A stretch of 64,000 nucleotides of DNA, from the NCBI GenBank assembly GCA_903937035.1, contig CAIZXS010000009.1, forward strand, positions 11,141 through 75,140. The letters run 5' to 3'. The notes under the pieces are model-generated. The model was given only the letters and a program-made list of their open reading frames with translations. It searched no databases and was not told the origin of the DNA. The DNA comes from an uncultured bacterium (lineage in GTDB: Bacteria; Patescibacteriota; Minisyncoccia; Moranbacterales; UBA2206). Made by a program: the position numbers and the translations under genes. Below are positions 47,965-57,650 of this stretch, piece by piece (positions within the stretch are counted from its first letter, which is position 1; the number at the start of each line of letters is the position of its first letter).

Positions 47965-49194
47965 ATGAAACAATCACAACTATTTTCCAAAACCAACAAA
48001 GTCGCGCCTAAGGATGAGGAAAGTATTAATGCTCAACTGCTGATCCGCGGAGGCTATGTCGACAAGTTAATGGCTGGGACATATTCCTATTTGCCCCTCG
48101 GTTGGCGAACATACAAAAAACTGGAAGAGATTATCCGAGAAGAAATTAATGCTGTCGATGGACAGGAGATTTTTATGCCTTCAATGCATCCGAAAGAGAA
48201 TTGGGAGAAAACTGGCCGTTGGGATGGACTCGACGTTCTCGTTAAGGTTGGATTAGGCGAAGAAAGGAATATGGCGCTGGCTCCGACACATGAAGAAGTG
48301 GTGGCTCCGTTGGCGAAAAAAATCGTTGAGTCTTATAAGGATTTGCCAAAAGCTGTCTATCATTTTCAGAATAAATTTCGAGGAGAAAAAAGAGCGAAAT
48401 CGGGAATTCTACGTTTGCGCGAATTTATTATGAAAGATTTATATTCTTTCCATGTTGACCAAACTGATCTTGACGCATATTACGACCGAGTGGCGCAAGC
48501 CTATAAAAATATTTTCGAGCGAGCGGGGATTGGCGCGCAGACCTATTTCACCTATGCCTCTGGTGGAACATTTGCCAAATATTCTCATGAGTTTCAAGCC
48601 GAAACAGAAGCTGGCGAGGATACGATTTATGTTTGTGATGCTTGTCACATTGCTATCAACAAGGAAATTATTGAAGATTTGGAGCATAAATGTCCTCTTT
48701 GTGGTAATGCAAGTCTGCGTGAAACAAAAGCTGTTGAGGTGGGTAATATCTTTAAGCTTGGCACAAAGTATTCTACACCCTTCAATTTGACCTATAAGGA
48801 CCAAAACGGAGAGGAAAAGCCAATTATCATGGGTTGCTATGGAATCGGCCCACAACGCCTTATGGGCACGATTGTCGAGATTTTTCACGACGACAAAGGC
48901 ATCCTCTGGCCGGAAGCTGTGGCGCCTTTTAGAGTGCATCTGATTGGTCTCGGAAAAGATCTTTCTGCTGCAGAAGAATTGTATCAAAAACTAGTCACAG
49001 AAAAAATCGAAGTGCTCTTTGATGACCGTGAAGTCTCCGCCGGAGAAAAATTTGCCGATGCGGATCTCTTGGGTCTCCCATATCGTATTATCATCAGCGA
49101 AAAATCCCTCGCTGCTGGTGGAGTGGAGCTCAAAAAACGTAATGAAAAAGACAGTCAAATCGTGAAAATTGAGGAACTTTTAGGGGGGTTATGA
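47965..49194 (+). CDS. proS: Prolyl-tRNA synthetase (short bacterial form lacking the large insertion domain)
   Basis: The track ORF starts at 47899; a ProRS-like N-terminus 'MKQSQLFSKTNKVAPKDEESINAQLLIRGGYVDKLMAGTYSYLPLG' begins at the ATG at 47965. Class II motifs and a C-terminal anticodon-binding domain are present. Confidence 0.8.
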   Translation: MKQSQLFSKTNKVAPKDEESINAQLLIRGGYVDKLMAGTYSYLPLGWRTYKKLEEIIREEINAVDGQEIFMPSMHPKENWEKTGRWDGLDVLVKVGLGEERNMALAPTHEEVVAPLAKKIVESYKDLPKAVYHFQNKFRGEKRAKSGILRLREFIMKDLYSFHVDQTDLDAYYDRVAQAYKNIFERAGIGAQTYFTYASGGTFAKYSHEFQAETEAGEDTIYVCDACHIAINKEIIEDLEHKCPLCGNASLRETKAVEVGNIFKLGTKYSTPFNLTYKDQNGEEKPIIMGCYGIGPQRLMGTIVEIFHDDKGILWPEAVAPFRVHLIGLGKDLSAAEELYQKLVTEKIEVLFDDREVSAGEKFADADLLGLPYRIIISEKSLAAGGVELKKRNEKDSQIVKIEELLGGL

Positions 49195-49207
49195 TAATAT
49201 TAAAGAA

Positions 49208-49642
49208 ATGAAAAAATGCCCATTTTGTGATCCGGAAATAATTAGCACTCAGTCGATATTTGAAAATGGAAATGTGCGCGTTATTTACAACAGGAGCCCT
49301 GTGAATACGGGGCAATGTATGGTTGTGCCTAAGAGGCATGTCACGAATATTCGCGAATTAAACCAGGAGGAGTTAATTGATCTTATTACTACTGTGCAGT
49401 TAGTTTCTCGGAGATATCAAGAAACTATGAAATTGGAAGGTTTTAATTATGGATTTAATGAAGGCCATTATTCAGGACAAAGAGTTGATCATTTTCATTT
49501 TCATATAATGCCACGAGTTGAGGGTGACAAAGAAAAACTTTCAGATTATCATCTTTTCCACAGAAAACCTGAAACAAAAATAACCCTATCTCCCGATGAG
49601 ATGAGGCCTGCTGTGGATGAGATGAAAAATTTGTTTTTGTAG
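49208..49642 (+). CDS. HIT-family (histidine triad) hydrolase
   Basis: 144 aa with 'VDHFHFHIMPR' (HxHxHxx). Confidence 0.8.
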   Translation: MKKCPFCDPEIISTQSIFENGNVRVIYNRSPVNTGQCMVVPKRHVTNIRELNQEELIDLITTVQLVSRRYQETMKLEGFNYGFNEGHYSGQRVDHFHFHIMPRVEGDKEKLSDYHLFHRKPETKITLSPDEMRPAVDEMKNLFL

Positions 49643-49649
49643 TTATTCG

Positions 49650-49684
49650 AAAAAAAGAGCGCTCCAATTGGAGCGCTCTTTTAG
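49650..49684. terminator. Bidirectional terminator between HIT(+) and the nucleotide-sugar dehydrogenase(-)
   Basis: AAAAAAGAGCGCTCC-aatt-GGAGCGCTCTTTT. Confidence 0.8.
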
Positions 49685-49698
49685 TTCTATAAATTCTA

Positions 49699-51024
49699 TT
49701 ATTTCCTCCCAATTCCACTATACTTGATTCCTAGTTTTTTGATTTTGTTTTTGTCGAGGCAATTCATTCCGTCGACGATGGCTTTTACGCCATTTTTCTT
49801 GAATTCTTTTGGATCTAGCGCGGCGAATTCGCTGTGGTTGGTGACGAGGATAATCGCTGTGCATTTTTTGAGAAATGTCGTGAGGTTGGGCACATCGGAC
49901 ATGGAGCTAATGAAGGGGTCATAACGGATGATTTTGGCTTTCTTTTTTTTGAGTTCCAAGATTATTTTGATGGCAGGGGATTCGCGGAGATCATCTACAT
50001 CAGCCTTATAGGAAAGTCCCATTACGCCAATAGCCGTATCTTTCATTGGCAATTTAATGTCATTTAAGAGATCTTGCATGGATTCGACAGTATAGGCTGG
50101 CATTGAGTTGTTGATTTCTCGAGCTACGCGCAGAAACTTGTGATCAAAGCCGGAGGCTTTGGCTTTTTCGATTAAGTAATAGGGATCAACAGGGATGCAA
50201 TGTCCACCAACGCCACGGCCTGGATAATGTGCCATAAAGGCAAAGGGTTTGGTGGCGGCGCCATCGATGACGTTTTTGACGTCGATTTCTAGCTTATCGA
50301 AACTCTTGGCCAGTTCGTTCACAAAAGCGATGTTGATATCGCGGAAAGAGTTTTCTACTACCTTGCAAGCCTCTGCTTCCTTGATCGAGCCCATCAGTTT
50401 GATCGGAGCGTCAATGATAGTTTCATAGAAGTTTTTAGCGATTGCGAGACCCGCAGGAGATGATGCGCCAAGGACACGCGGGATGTTGGTGACATTCCAT
50501 TTTTTGTCTCCCGGATTGATACGTTCTGGGCAGTGGCCAAGAAAAAAATCTTTACCTTCCTTGAGTCCAGCCTGAGTGAGAATTGGAGCGATGACATCAT
50601 CACAGATTCCAGGGTTGATGGTTGACTCAATCATAATGAGTTGTCCGATCTTGTGATTTTTGACAATCATTTCGGTGGCGGAGGTGAGGGGAGTGAGAAT
50701 CGGAAAAAATTTCTCATCAACGGGTGTTGGCACACAAACCACAACGATATCAGCTTTTTTGAGGATAGCTGGGTCAGTCGTCGCAGTTATTTTTTTCAGG
50801 AGATGTTTTCTTTCTTCGATGAATTCTTCCTTGAAAGGACTTTGACCTTTTTTAATCAAATCAACTTTCTTTTTGTCGAGGTCGAGTCCAAACGTCTCAT
50901 AGTCTTTTTCCGCACAACGCATCGCCAGAGGTAATCCGACATAGCCTAGACCAATAATTACTACAGATTCAAGCTTTTTTTTATCCGCCGGAGCCTGGGC
51001 GAAGGTGGACTTTTCATTTGCCAT
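49699..51024 (-). CDS. Nucleotide-sugar dehydrogenase (UDP-glucose/UDP-ManNAc/UDP-GlcNAc 6-dehydrogenase family)
   Basis: 441 aa with N-terminal 'VVIIGLGYVGLPLA' NAD-binding, a central catalytic Cys region and a C-terminal UDP-binding domain. Confidence 0.8.
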   Translation of the reverse strand: MANEKSTFAQAPADKKKLESVVIIGLGYVGLPLAMRCAEKDYETFGLDLDKKKVDLIKKGQSPFKEEFIEERKHLLKKITATTDPAILKKADIVVVCVPTPVDEKFFPILTPLTSATEMIVKNHKIGQLIMIESTINPGICDDVIAPILTQAGLKEGKDFFLGHCPERINPGDKKWNVTNIPRVLGASSPAGLAIAKNFYETIIDAPIKLMGSIKEAEACKVVENSFRDINIAFVNELAKSFDKLEIDVKNVIDGAATKPFAFMAHYPGRGVGGHCIPVDPYYLIEKAKASGFDHKFLRVAREINNSMPAYTVESMQDLLNDIKLPMKDTAIGVMGLSYKADVDDLRESPAIKIILELKKKKAKIIRYDPFISSMSDVPNLTTFLKKCTAIILVTNHSEFAALDPKEFKKNGVKAIVDGMNCLDKNKIKKLGIKYSGIGRK

Positions 51025-51308
51025 AGTTTTTTGTTGTTATTAGTTAATTTCAGACCTTCTAAATAATAGCGAAAAAGTGGATTTTTTGCAAAGGCGTTGC
51101 TAGTGAGGCTATTTTGTGCTAAATTGAAATCGCTAGGGACTGGCTGATGGGTGGGGCGATAGACGTTTAATGTGAATATATGTTTGTCCCAGAAGATTTT
51201 CCAAATACGTTCTTGGCTATATGAGGCTGTATTGCACTTAGGCCAAAAACTATTGTATAATTTATGCGCAGGCTTGAACCCTGCGCTTAACCTTTAAATC
51301 ACAAAATA

Positions 51309-52790
51309 ATGAATGTACGGCCAAAAATTCATCTGGATTCTTTTGAGGAATATCGCATCTCAGTTCTTCGTCGTATCGAATGGATGTTGCAGAATCACTA
51401 TAAGGATTTGAAAAAAATTACGATGAAGGATATTAAGAAGGACGAAGGAGAAATTAATTGCTATGAAAATTTCAATCAACTAGAGTCTATCGATCCCAAT
51501 AAGATTATAATCTTGGATGATGATAAAATTAGTTCAACCCCAGCAGAAAAAGCCATCTTGGCTGGGAAATTTTTATGGGAACATACGGCAGCTGGGGAGG
51601 CGACGCGTTTGGGCTTGGGAACGAAGTATATCTTGAACTTAAGTCAGTTCACTCTTGAAGACGTTGTTTTTCACATAAAGCGTGAGGCCTTATCAGAATT
51701 AGAAAAAAGAGGCACCAAGGGTGCGGAATTGTCCAAGGAAAAGAAAAGAATGAATAGAGAAGTGACTAATGAAAAAGTATTGGCAGTTTGCGAAGGTGAT
51801 CCAAGAAAGTTAATGAATATATCTCTGGGTAATCGCCATATGCTTCAGATGGCTTTTGATGTTTTTAAGATTGCCAAAAAAAATCACAAGGATCCTAAGG
51901 CTGTTTTGGCGAAGCAAACAGCACTTATTGTTCTCAATGAACAGACGGCCGAAGAGATCTTAGAGGAATTTAAGCAATTTAATTTCTTCTGCTTGAATCC
52001 TAAGAAAACCTTTTTCATGATTCAACGCAGTTTCCATGGAATTTACATCAAAGAAGGAGATTTGTTTTATGATCCAACAACCGAGAAGAACAAGAGATTG
52101 CATAACCATGGTCAAATGATGATGCAAAAAGCGCATGATAATGTGATTTTTCGCGTTGATCCAAAAAATACTAGTAAAAGGGAATATATTACTAATAAAG
52201 AATTTGAAAAAATTCTTACTGCCCATGATGATTTATTGTCCTATAATGTGGAAGATTTGGGATTTTTGACTGGTTCAGTTGACTTTCCGAGTCTAACTTT
52301 GGCACTTGAGTTAGGAAAGAAGGGCTATAATATGATTATGGAAATCGTGGCGCAAAATCCAGTGAAGCCGCAAAAAGGGGGAGCATGTTGCTTTGATAAG
52401 AAACTGAAGCGAGTAGTTATGATTGAAAGTAACCAACTCAAGGACATAAAGAACGAAGAAATTAAGCACCTCAATAAGAACTTTAATCATTATCCCAATC
52501 CGGTCCAGTCATATCGGGTAATGAAAGAAGAGGGTTTGCCATTGTCATTTGAGGTTAAAAATGCCTACAATCAAAGTGGCGATCGTCAGGAATACATCTA
52601 TGCTAATCCGGTTCAGGGTAATTTGAATTTTTTGGTTAAAACTGCCTATGTGATGCGTAAAAATCTAAAGTCGATTTATAATTGGAAATCGCCAGCTACG
52701 ACGCCGATTGCCGTGAAAGCCATGTTTGAGCAAGACAAACAGGAAGGTTTTGGAGAATTTGTAAAAAAAATCAAAAAAGGGAGATGTTGA
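51309..52790 (+). CDS. Possible UDP-sugar pyrophosphorylase-like (UDPGP family) protein
   Basis: 493 aa. 'HTAAGEATRLGLGTKYIL' resembles the 'GGQGTRLG' nucleotide-binding motif of UAP1/USP enzymes. Size and the nucleotide-sugar gene context fit. Tentative. Confidence 0.35.
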   Translation: MNVRPKIHLDSFEEYRISVLRRIEWMLQNHYKDLKKITMKDIKKDEGEINCYENFNQLESIDPNKIIILDDDKISSTPAEKAILAGKFLWEHTAAGEATRLGLGTKYILNLSQFTLEDVVFHIKREALSELEKRGTKGAELSKEKKRMNREVTNEKVLAVCEGDPRKLMNISLGNRHMLQMAFDVFKIAKKNHKDPKAVLAKQTALIVLNEQTAEEILEEFKQFNFFCLNPKKTFFMIQRSFHGIYIKEGDLFYDPTTEKNKRLHNHGQMMMQKAHDNVIFRVDPKNTSKREYITNKEFEKILTAHDDLLSYNVEDLGFLTGSVDFPSLTLALELGKKGYNMIMEIVAQNPVKPQKGGACCFDKKLKRVVMIESNQLKDIKNEEIKHLNKNFNHYPNPVQSYRVMKEEGLPLSFEVKNAYNQSGDRQEYIYANPVQGNLNFLVKTAYVMRKNLKSIYNWKSPATTPIAVKAMFEQDKQEGFGEFVKKIKKGRC

Positions 52791-52815
52791 TAAATATTTG
52801 AAAAAATGAAAAGTT

Positions 52816-53931
52816 ATGCGCATCGCTATACAAGCAGCAGATTTAGACGCGAGTCGGATTGATGGGACTCGCGTTTATATTCACAACATGCTTAAGTTTT
52901 TTGGCAAACTGGATTCATCAAGTGAGTTTATTCTATATCACAAAAACAAATTCAATCCGGAACTTACTCCGCCTGAATTTAGTAACTATCAGGTTAAACA
53001 AAAAAGCTTTCCACTTTTTTGGACTCAAGCCTGGCTTGCGAATGAATTGCGAAAAGATACGCCGGATGTACTTTGGATGCCGATGCATAATATTCCAGTT
53101 CTGCATTCTCCAAATTTGAAAACTGTGGTAACTGCGCACGACCTGGCTTATAAATATTTTCCGGAGTATTTTCCTAAAAAAGACCTGTTCAAACTTAATC
53201 TTTTGGGGAAGTGGGCTTTTACCAAGGCGGATAAGATTATTGCGATTTCGCAGTCGACCAAACGAGATATCTTGAAATTTTATCCAGGCGTTCCAGAGGA
53301 TAAGATCCGAGTTATTTATCATGGCTTTGATGCTGAAGTTTTTTCTATTGCGCGTGATTTTGAAATTGAACATGAAGTAAAAAAAAGAATGGGTATTTCG
53401 GGCGAATATATCCTTTATGCTGGTGCCATTCAGCCAAGAAAGAACCTGGGCGTTTTAGTTTCAGCTTTTGATGTGTTTAAGAAAAAAACTAAGTCAGAAA
53501 TAAAATTGGTCATCGCCGGCGAAAGGGCTTGGTTGGCTGATGACGTTTTTGAGCAAATCGATAAAAGTCAGTTTAAAAAAGACATCATCACGCCAGGCAG
53601 GCTAACTTTTTCGGACATGGGAACGCTAGTTCGGGGTGCCAATGTCTATGTTTACCCATCACTCTATGAGGGTTTTGGTATCCCTGTTTTGGAAATTTTA
53701 GCTTCTCGAGTGCCTTTGATTTGTGCATTGAATTCTAGCTTGGGCGAAGTAGGCGGGGATGCTCCACTATATTTTCAAGAAAAAAATCCGCATGATTTGG
53801 CGGAAAAAATCGAACTGGTTTTGGGTGATAAAAACTTAAGAGACGAGATGATAAGAAGGGGCTCTGAACAAGTAAAGAAGTTTTCTTGGGAGAAATGCGC
53901 ACGGGAGACTTTAGAATATTTGAAAAGTTGA
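52816..53931 (+). CDS. Glycosyltransferase family 4
   Basis: 371 aa. 'YPSLYEGFGIPVLEILASRVPLICA' (E-x7-E-like region). Confidence 0.75.
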   Translation: MRIAIQAADLDASRIDGTRVYIHNMLKFFGKLDSSSEFILYHKNKFNPELTPPEFSNYQVKQKSFPLFWTQAWLANELRKDTPDVLWMPMHNIPVLHSPNLKTVVTAHDLAYKYFPEYFPKKDLFKLNLLGKWAFTKADKIIAISQSTKRDILKFYPGVPEDKIRVIYHGFDAEVFSIARDFEIEHEVKKRMGISGEYILYAGAIQPRKNLGVLVSAFDVFKKKTKSEIKLVIAGERAWLADDVFEQIDKSQFKKDIITPGRLTFSDMGTLVRGANVYVYPSLYEGFGIPVLEILASRVPLICALNSSLGEVGGDAPLYFQEKNPHDLAEKIELVLGDKNLRDEMIRRGSEQVKKFSWEKCARETLEYLKS

Positions 53932-53934
53932 AAT

Positions 53935-54423
53935 TTATTCTTCGTGAAATAGAATCTGATAGCTGAGATATCCGATTCCAAGGCAAGCTAAAAGAAAAAA
54001 TAAGTTTAAAAAAACATTCATTTCTAGCTGGCTATTGAAGATGAGTAAGACGCCAAGTAATATAAATGAAATGATGATTTTTTTCGACTCTTTCTTTTGA
54101 GGAGCAGTGTTGACGCTGACTTTTTCAGGCGTGATTTTTTTGGCGAAAATTCTTAGCAAAAGAACATTGAGAAGAATCGTGATGATGATTTTAGAAAAGC
54201 CAATATGAGAAATGATGATTCCCGGGAGGACTGCTTCGGCGATAAGTGTCAGTATGAAAAAAACAAGCACCATAAAAAGGCTGTCATGTAGTAGTTTATA
54301 CATTATAATAATCGTTTCTTTCTCTATTAGCTTTGGATAGATTCTATTATTCAGTTTGGCGAATAGGTTTGGAATTTGCATAGTTTTTGAAAAAAAATTA
54401 TTGCACTGTCGTTTGAATGCCAT
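53935..54423 (-). CDS. Small integral membrane protein (hypothetical)
   Basis: 162 aa with 4 TM helices. Overlaps the upstream gene by 26 nt. Confidence 0.45.
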   Translation of the reverse strand: MAFKRQCNNFFSKTMQIPNLFAKLNNRIYPKLIEKETIIIMYKLLHDSLFMVLVFFILTLIAEAVLPGIIISHIGFSKIIITILLNVLLLRIFAKKITPEKVSVNTAPQKKESKKIIISFILLGVLLIFNSQLEMNVFLNLFFLLACLGIGYLSYQILFHEE

Positions 54424-55744
54424 AGCGCGCTTTTATTTTCAGGATCATATTGCGCAGGGCCAATTTGAGGTTTTGAATTGTCATATTTTTTTCATAGAGT
54501 AAGTTGAGGTTGTCGATTTTTAGATCATCTTTTGTCGTGAATGTGAATTCATAATATTTTCCTGCTGAGTCTTCCGTATCATTAAGGGGGAGAAGGCAAG
54601 AATAATTTCCAAAAAAATCTTTTTTCAAGTCGCATCCACCCAAGACCTCAAGACTCTTAGCTGAAACGGTAATTGGCTTTTTTTTCAACCACGAACTCGC
54701 GATTTTTTTTGATGGTAATTCATGTTTTCGGAGGTTTTCAATCCTATACCATTCGCCTGAGTCGGGTGTGAAGAAGATTGTTCCGTCGGGGTGGACACTG
54801 GTAAGCGTGAATAGCTTCTCCTTTGTATAAAGGGAGAATTCATCGCCGCCGACTGTGATAATGTCGCTCCAATTGTAGCCTTGATTAATGAAAATTTCTG
54901 GGTCGCCGATCGGATAGATTCTATTGGTACTGACAATATAGGCAGATGTTCCGTAGGTCACTATCGACCCATCGGCAAATCCAACCGGATTTTCTGCAAG
55001 AACGTAATTACTAAGAAAATCAACATTTTTGGAAATAGCTATATTTTCATCGTATATGCTATGAAACGCACTACTGCTGATAAATTTTTTTAATGTTCCT
55101 TGCGAGTTTAATATGTAGTATTCTTCGTTAATTTTAAAGATAGAATCGGCGGGGTAATTTTTTGTGTCAGAGATTTCCTCGCCAGGAGAATTGTATTTTA
55201 ATTCGTCGTCACTCTCAACGGAGAGAAAAGCTGTTTGGGGAAAATTTAGTGCCGCAACAGTTGCAAGGCTATTGAATTTTCTTAATTTGCCATCGGAAAT
55301 GAGATAGTAATCACTCTTGTTTTTTATGAGTGTTCCATCTCTGAAGCCGATTGGATTGCCTTCTGGGTAGAGAAATGCGCGGTAGGACTTGCGAAGAGCG
55401 ATATGAGAATCATCTGGCTTTTTCGATTGTCTATTTGGCGTGAAGCTGAGTTTTATTTTGGAAAAACTGCCAACGAGAGAGGCGTCAAAATAGCTCTTCT
55501 GTTTGGCCTGAAATTTTCCATCAGTGATCAGTGTCCCGTCGTTGGTTCTGGGATTTAGCGCATTTCCCTTATTTGAGGTGAGCATCAAAAAGGAAAAATT
55601 GAATTCTTGCGTGGGGAAGAATATGAAATAGGCGACATAGAGCGATGCGCAAAAACAAAAAAAATAGAAAAGTGCTTGCAAACGTCTATAACGTGAGTAA
55701 CTATTTTTTTCTAGCTTGATTTCTTTTGTTAGGTCAAAAAACAT
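54398..55744 (-). CDS. Membrane-anchored extracytoplasmic hypothetical protein
   Basis: 448 aa with an N-terminal TM 'LFYFFCFCASLYVAYFIFF' and a large beta-rich ectodomain. Confidence 0.5.
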   Translation of the reverse strand: MFFDLTKEIKLEKNSYSRYRRLQALFYFFCFCASLYVAYFIFFPTQEFNFSFLMLTSNKGNALNPRTNDGTLITDGKFQAKQKSYFDASLVGSFSKIKLSFTPNRQSKKPDDSHIALRKSYRAFLYPEGNPIGFRDGTLIKNKSDYYLISDGKLRKFNSLATVAALNFPQTAFLSVESDDELKYNSPGEEISDTKNYPADSIFKINEEYYILNSQGTLKKFISSSAFHSIYDENIAISKNVDFLSNYVLAENPVGFADGSIVTYGTSAYIVSTNRIYPIGDPEIFINQGYNWSDIITVGGDEFSLYTKEKLFTLTSVHPDGTIFFTPDSGEWYRIENLRKHELPSKKIASSWLKKKPITVSAKSLEVLGGCDLKKDFFGNYSCLLPLNDTEDSAGKYYEFTFTTKDDLKIDNLNLLYEKNMTIQNLKLALRNMILKIKARYGIQTTVQ

Positions 55745-55754
55745 AGCTTCAGGG

Positions 55755-57548
55755 TTAGCGTTTTAATAAATAGATATTACCTTTAGTTAGAGTTTGAGAT
55801 TCAAATGGGAGGCTTCGAGATAGGACACTGTCTTGGGATAAATCAGGGACAACGAGATATTTTCTTTCGATTTGATACTCTTTTTGTAAAATTAATTTTT
55901 CTAGCAGGCCAAATTTTTCATATAGCGTCAAGCTTTCGTCAGGGATGATTAGATAAACGTTAGTAAACTTCTTGGTATTAATTTTATCTAAATCGGATGG
56001 GTTAAAGAAATAGGCTGTCTGTTTTCCATAAAGAAAATTCATTGGAGCGCTAATCATCGACCAGCCGTCACCTGAAGCTAGTTGATCGATAAGCACTAAA
56101 TCTGTGTCGGAGAAGTTTTCACTGAGCGATTTTGTTTGTGCTAATAGTTGTTTGTTTTCAGAGAAGTTCATGAGTGACAAGGAAAAGATCAAGCTGGTAG
56201 CGACAAATAAGGCAGAAAGAGTGAGGAAATAAATTTTTTTTGCAAAAAGCTGATTGATTAGCAGCGCTGTGTAGAAAATTCCCATCGGAATGATAGCGAA
56301 AGAAAAGCGACGTAGCATCCAAGGATGATCTGGGGAAATTCCCGGGTGGACAATATAGATGAGAAGGGGGATTGTTAGGATGAATGGAACGAGGATGGAA
56401 TAATTTTTTTTTCGAAGAAAATAAAGCAGTCCCAGCACTTCAATAATAAGAAATATTAAAATGCCGTAATAATTGAAAATTTTGCCCAGATAGATTAGTG
56501 TGGGGATCGTGCCAAGGCTAGCACTTTCGAAAGAAAAAGAATGCACTAGCCCCTTTAGGGAGGAAAGGTAAAATTGACTATTGATTTTGAGTGTAGCGAG
56601 ATAGCTGAGCAGAAAAATTCCCAGGAGCCAAAATATTTTTTGCTTTTCAACTTTTGAAAAAATAGTCTTTTCTTTCCTTTGCAGGGCAAAGAGTGTTGCG
56701 CCCAACATAAAAAGAAGTGTCCAGGCTTCGAGTCTGGTGAATGCGAGAAGAAGGAATGTCGAGAGGGCAGTAAGAAGGAAGAATTGATCTCGATATTTCA
56801 AGAAGAGGGAGGTTTCCAGTAGAGCGAACCAGACAAAGCCGAGTGCTAAATTTTCGCCTAAGGTGAGTTTTAGAAACCAAGAAAAAGTAAATGTGCTAAG
56901 CGTGAGAAGCAACCCAAACCAGGCGGTTCTTTGATTTGAGTGAATTTTGACCAGGGCGAAAAAAGAAAGTAGAAAAATAAAAAATAAGATGCCATTTGCG
57001 ATTGAATATCCCAATAGCCCAAAAAGACTATAAAAAACAGCCAGCCATGCGGTATAGCCTAGTGAAAAATGAGTAACTAATTTTCCGTCCTGGGTGTAGT
57101 TAAAACCCGGGTAATTGAGTGCAGTGCCTGGGCCATAAATTCCAAAAAACTCACGGGAAGAAGTTGTCTCAAATGGCAACTTATGGTTTTGGGACAATCT
57201 TGCGGCGGCTTCACTAAAAGATCCTTGATCGCGTCCGGAAAAAACAGACGGTTCAGCGTGGAATGAGAAGTATACGATTACCAGAATAGAAATAAGGGAA
57301 AGGATTATGAATTGGAGGTTATTTAGCACTTTTCGGTTATGAAAAAAAAGAACTATTAATGCGAGTAGCCCGAGCAGGAGGAAAATAGCTAGAATCGGCC
57401 AATAGAAAATTCCAAGCAGTGTTAAAATAATTGCCAAAAATTCCAACCCTAAAAGAAAGATTCCAAGGGCGGAAAATAGCTTATATCCATTGAGATTACG
57501 CGGTATTTTCATTAATCTAATTATATATTCAAAAAGTCTTTTTGCCAA
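55755..57548 (-). CDS. Large polytopic membrane protein, possibly a GT-C-fold glycosyltransferase (ArnT/PMT-like)
   Basis: 597 aa with ~14 TM helices, an Asp-containing first extracytoplasmic loop ('SGRDQGSF') and a soluble C-terminal domain. Sits in a glycosylation locus. Tentative. Confidence 0.35.
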   Translation of the reverse strand: MAKRLFEYIIRLMKIPRNLNGYKLFSALGIFLLGLEFLAIILTLLGIFYWPILAIFLLLGLLALIVLFFHNRKVLNNLQFIILSLISILVIVYFSFHAEPSVFSGRDQGSFSEAAARLSQNHKLPFETTSSREFFGIYGPGTALNYPGFNYTQDGKLVTHFSLGYTAWLAVFYSLFGLLGYSIANGILFFIFLLSFFALVKIHSNQRTAWFGLLLTLSTFTFSWFLKLTLGENLALGFVWFALLETSLFLKYRDQFFLLTALSTFLLLAFTRLEAWTLLFMLGATLFALQRKEKTIFSKVEKQKIFWLLGIFLLSYLATLKINSQFYLSSLKGLVHSFSFESASLGTIPTLIYLGKIFNYYGILIFLIIEVLGLLYFLRKKNYSILVPFILTIPLLIYIVHPGISPDHPWMLRRFSFAIIPMGIFYTALLINQLFAKKIYFLTLSALFVATSLIFSLSLMNFSENKQLLAQTKSLSENFSDTDLVLIDQLASGDGWSMISAPMNFLYGKQTAYFFNPSDLDKINTKKFTNVYLIIPDESLTLYEKFGLLEKLILQKEYQIERKYLVVPDLSQDSVLSRSLPFESQTLTKGNIYLLKR

Positions 57549-57650
57549 ACCTGTTCTTTTCGGATAGAATTATAATGTTTTTTAAATCGTAAATTAAGCA
57601 AATATCCTAATTCAGGAGTTTTTGCAGAAAATGAAACAAAAAATCACCTT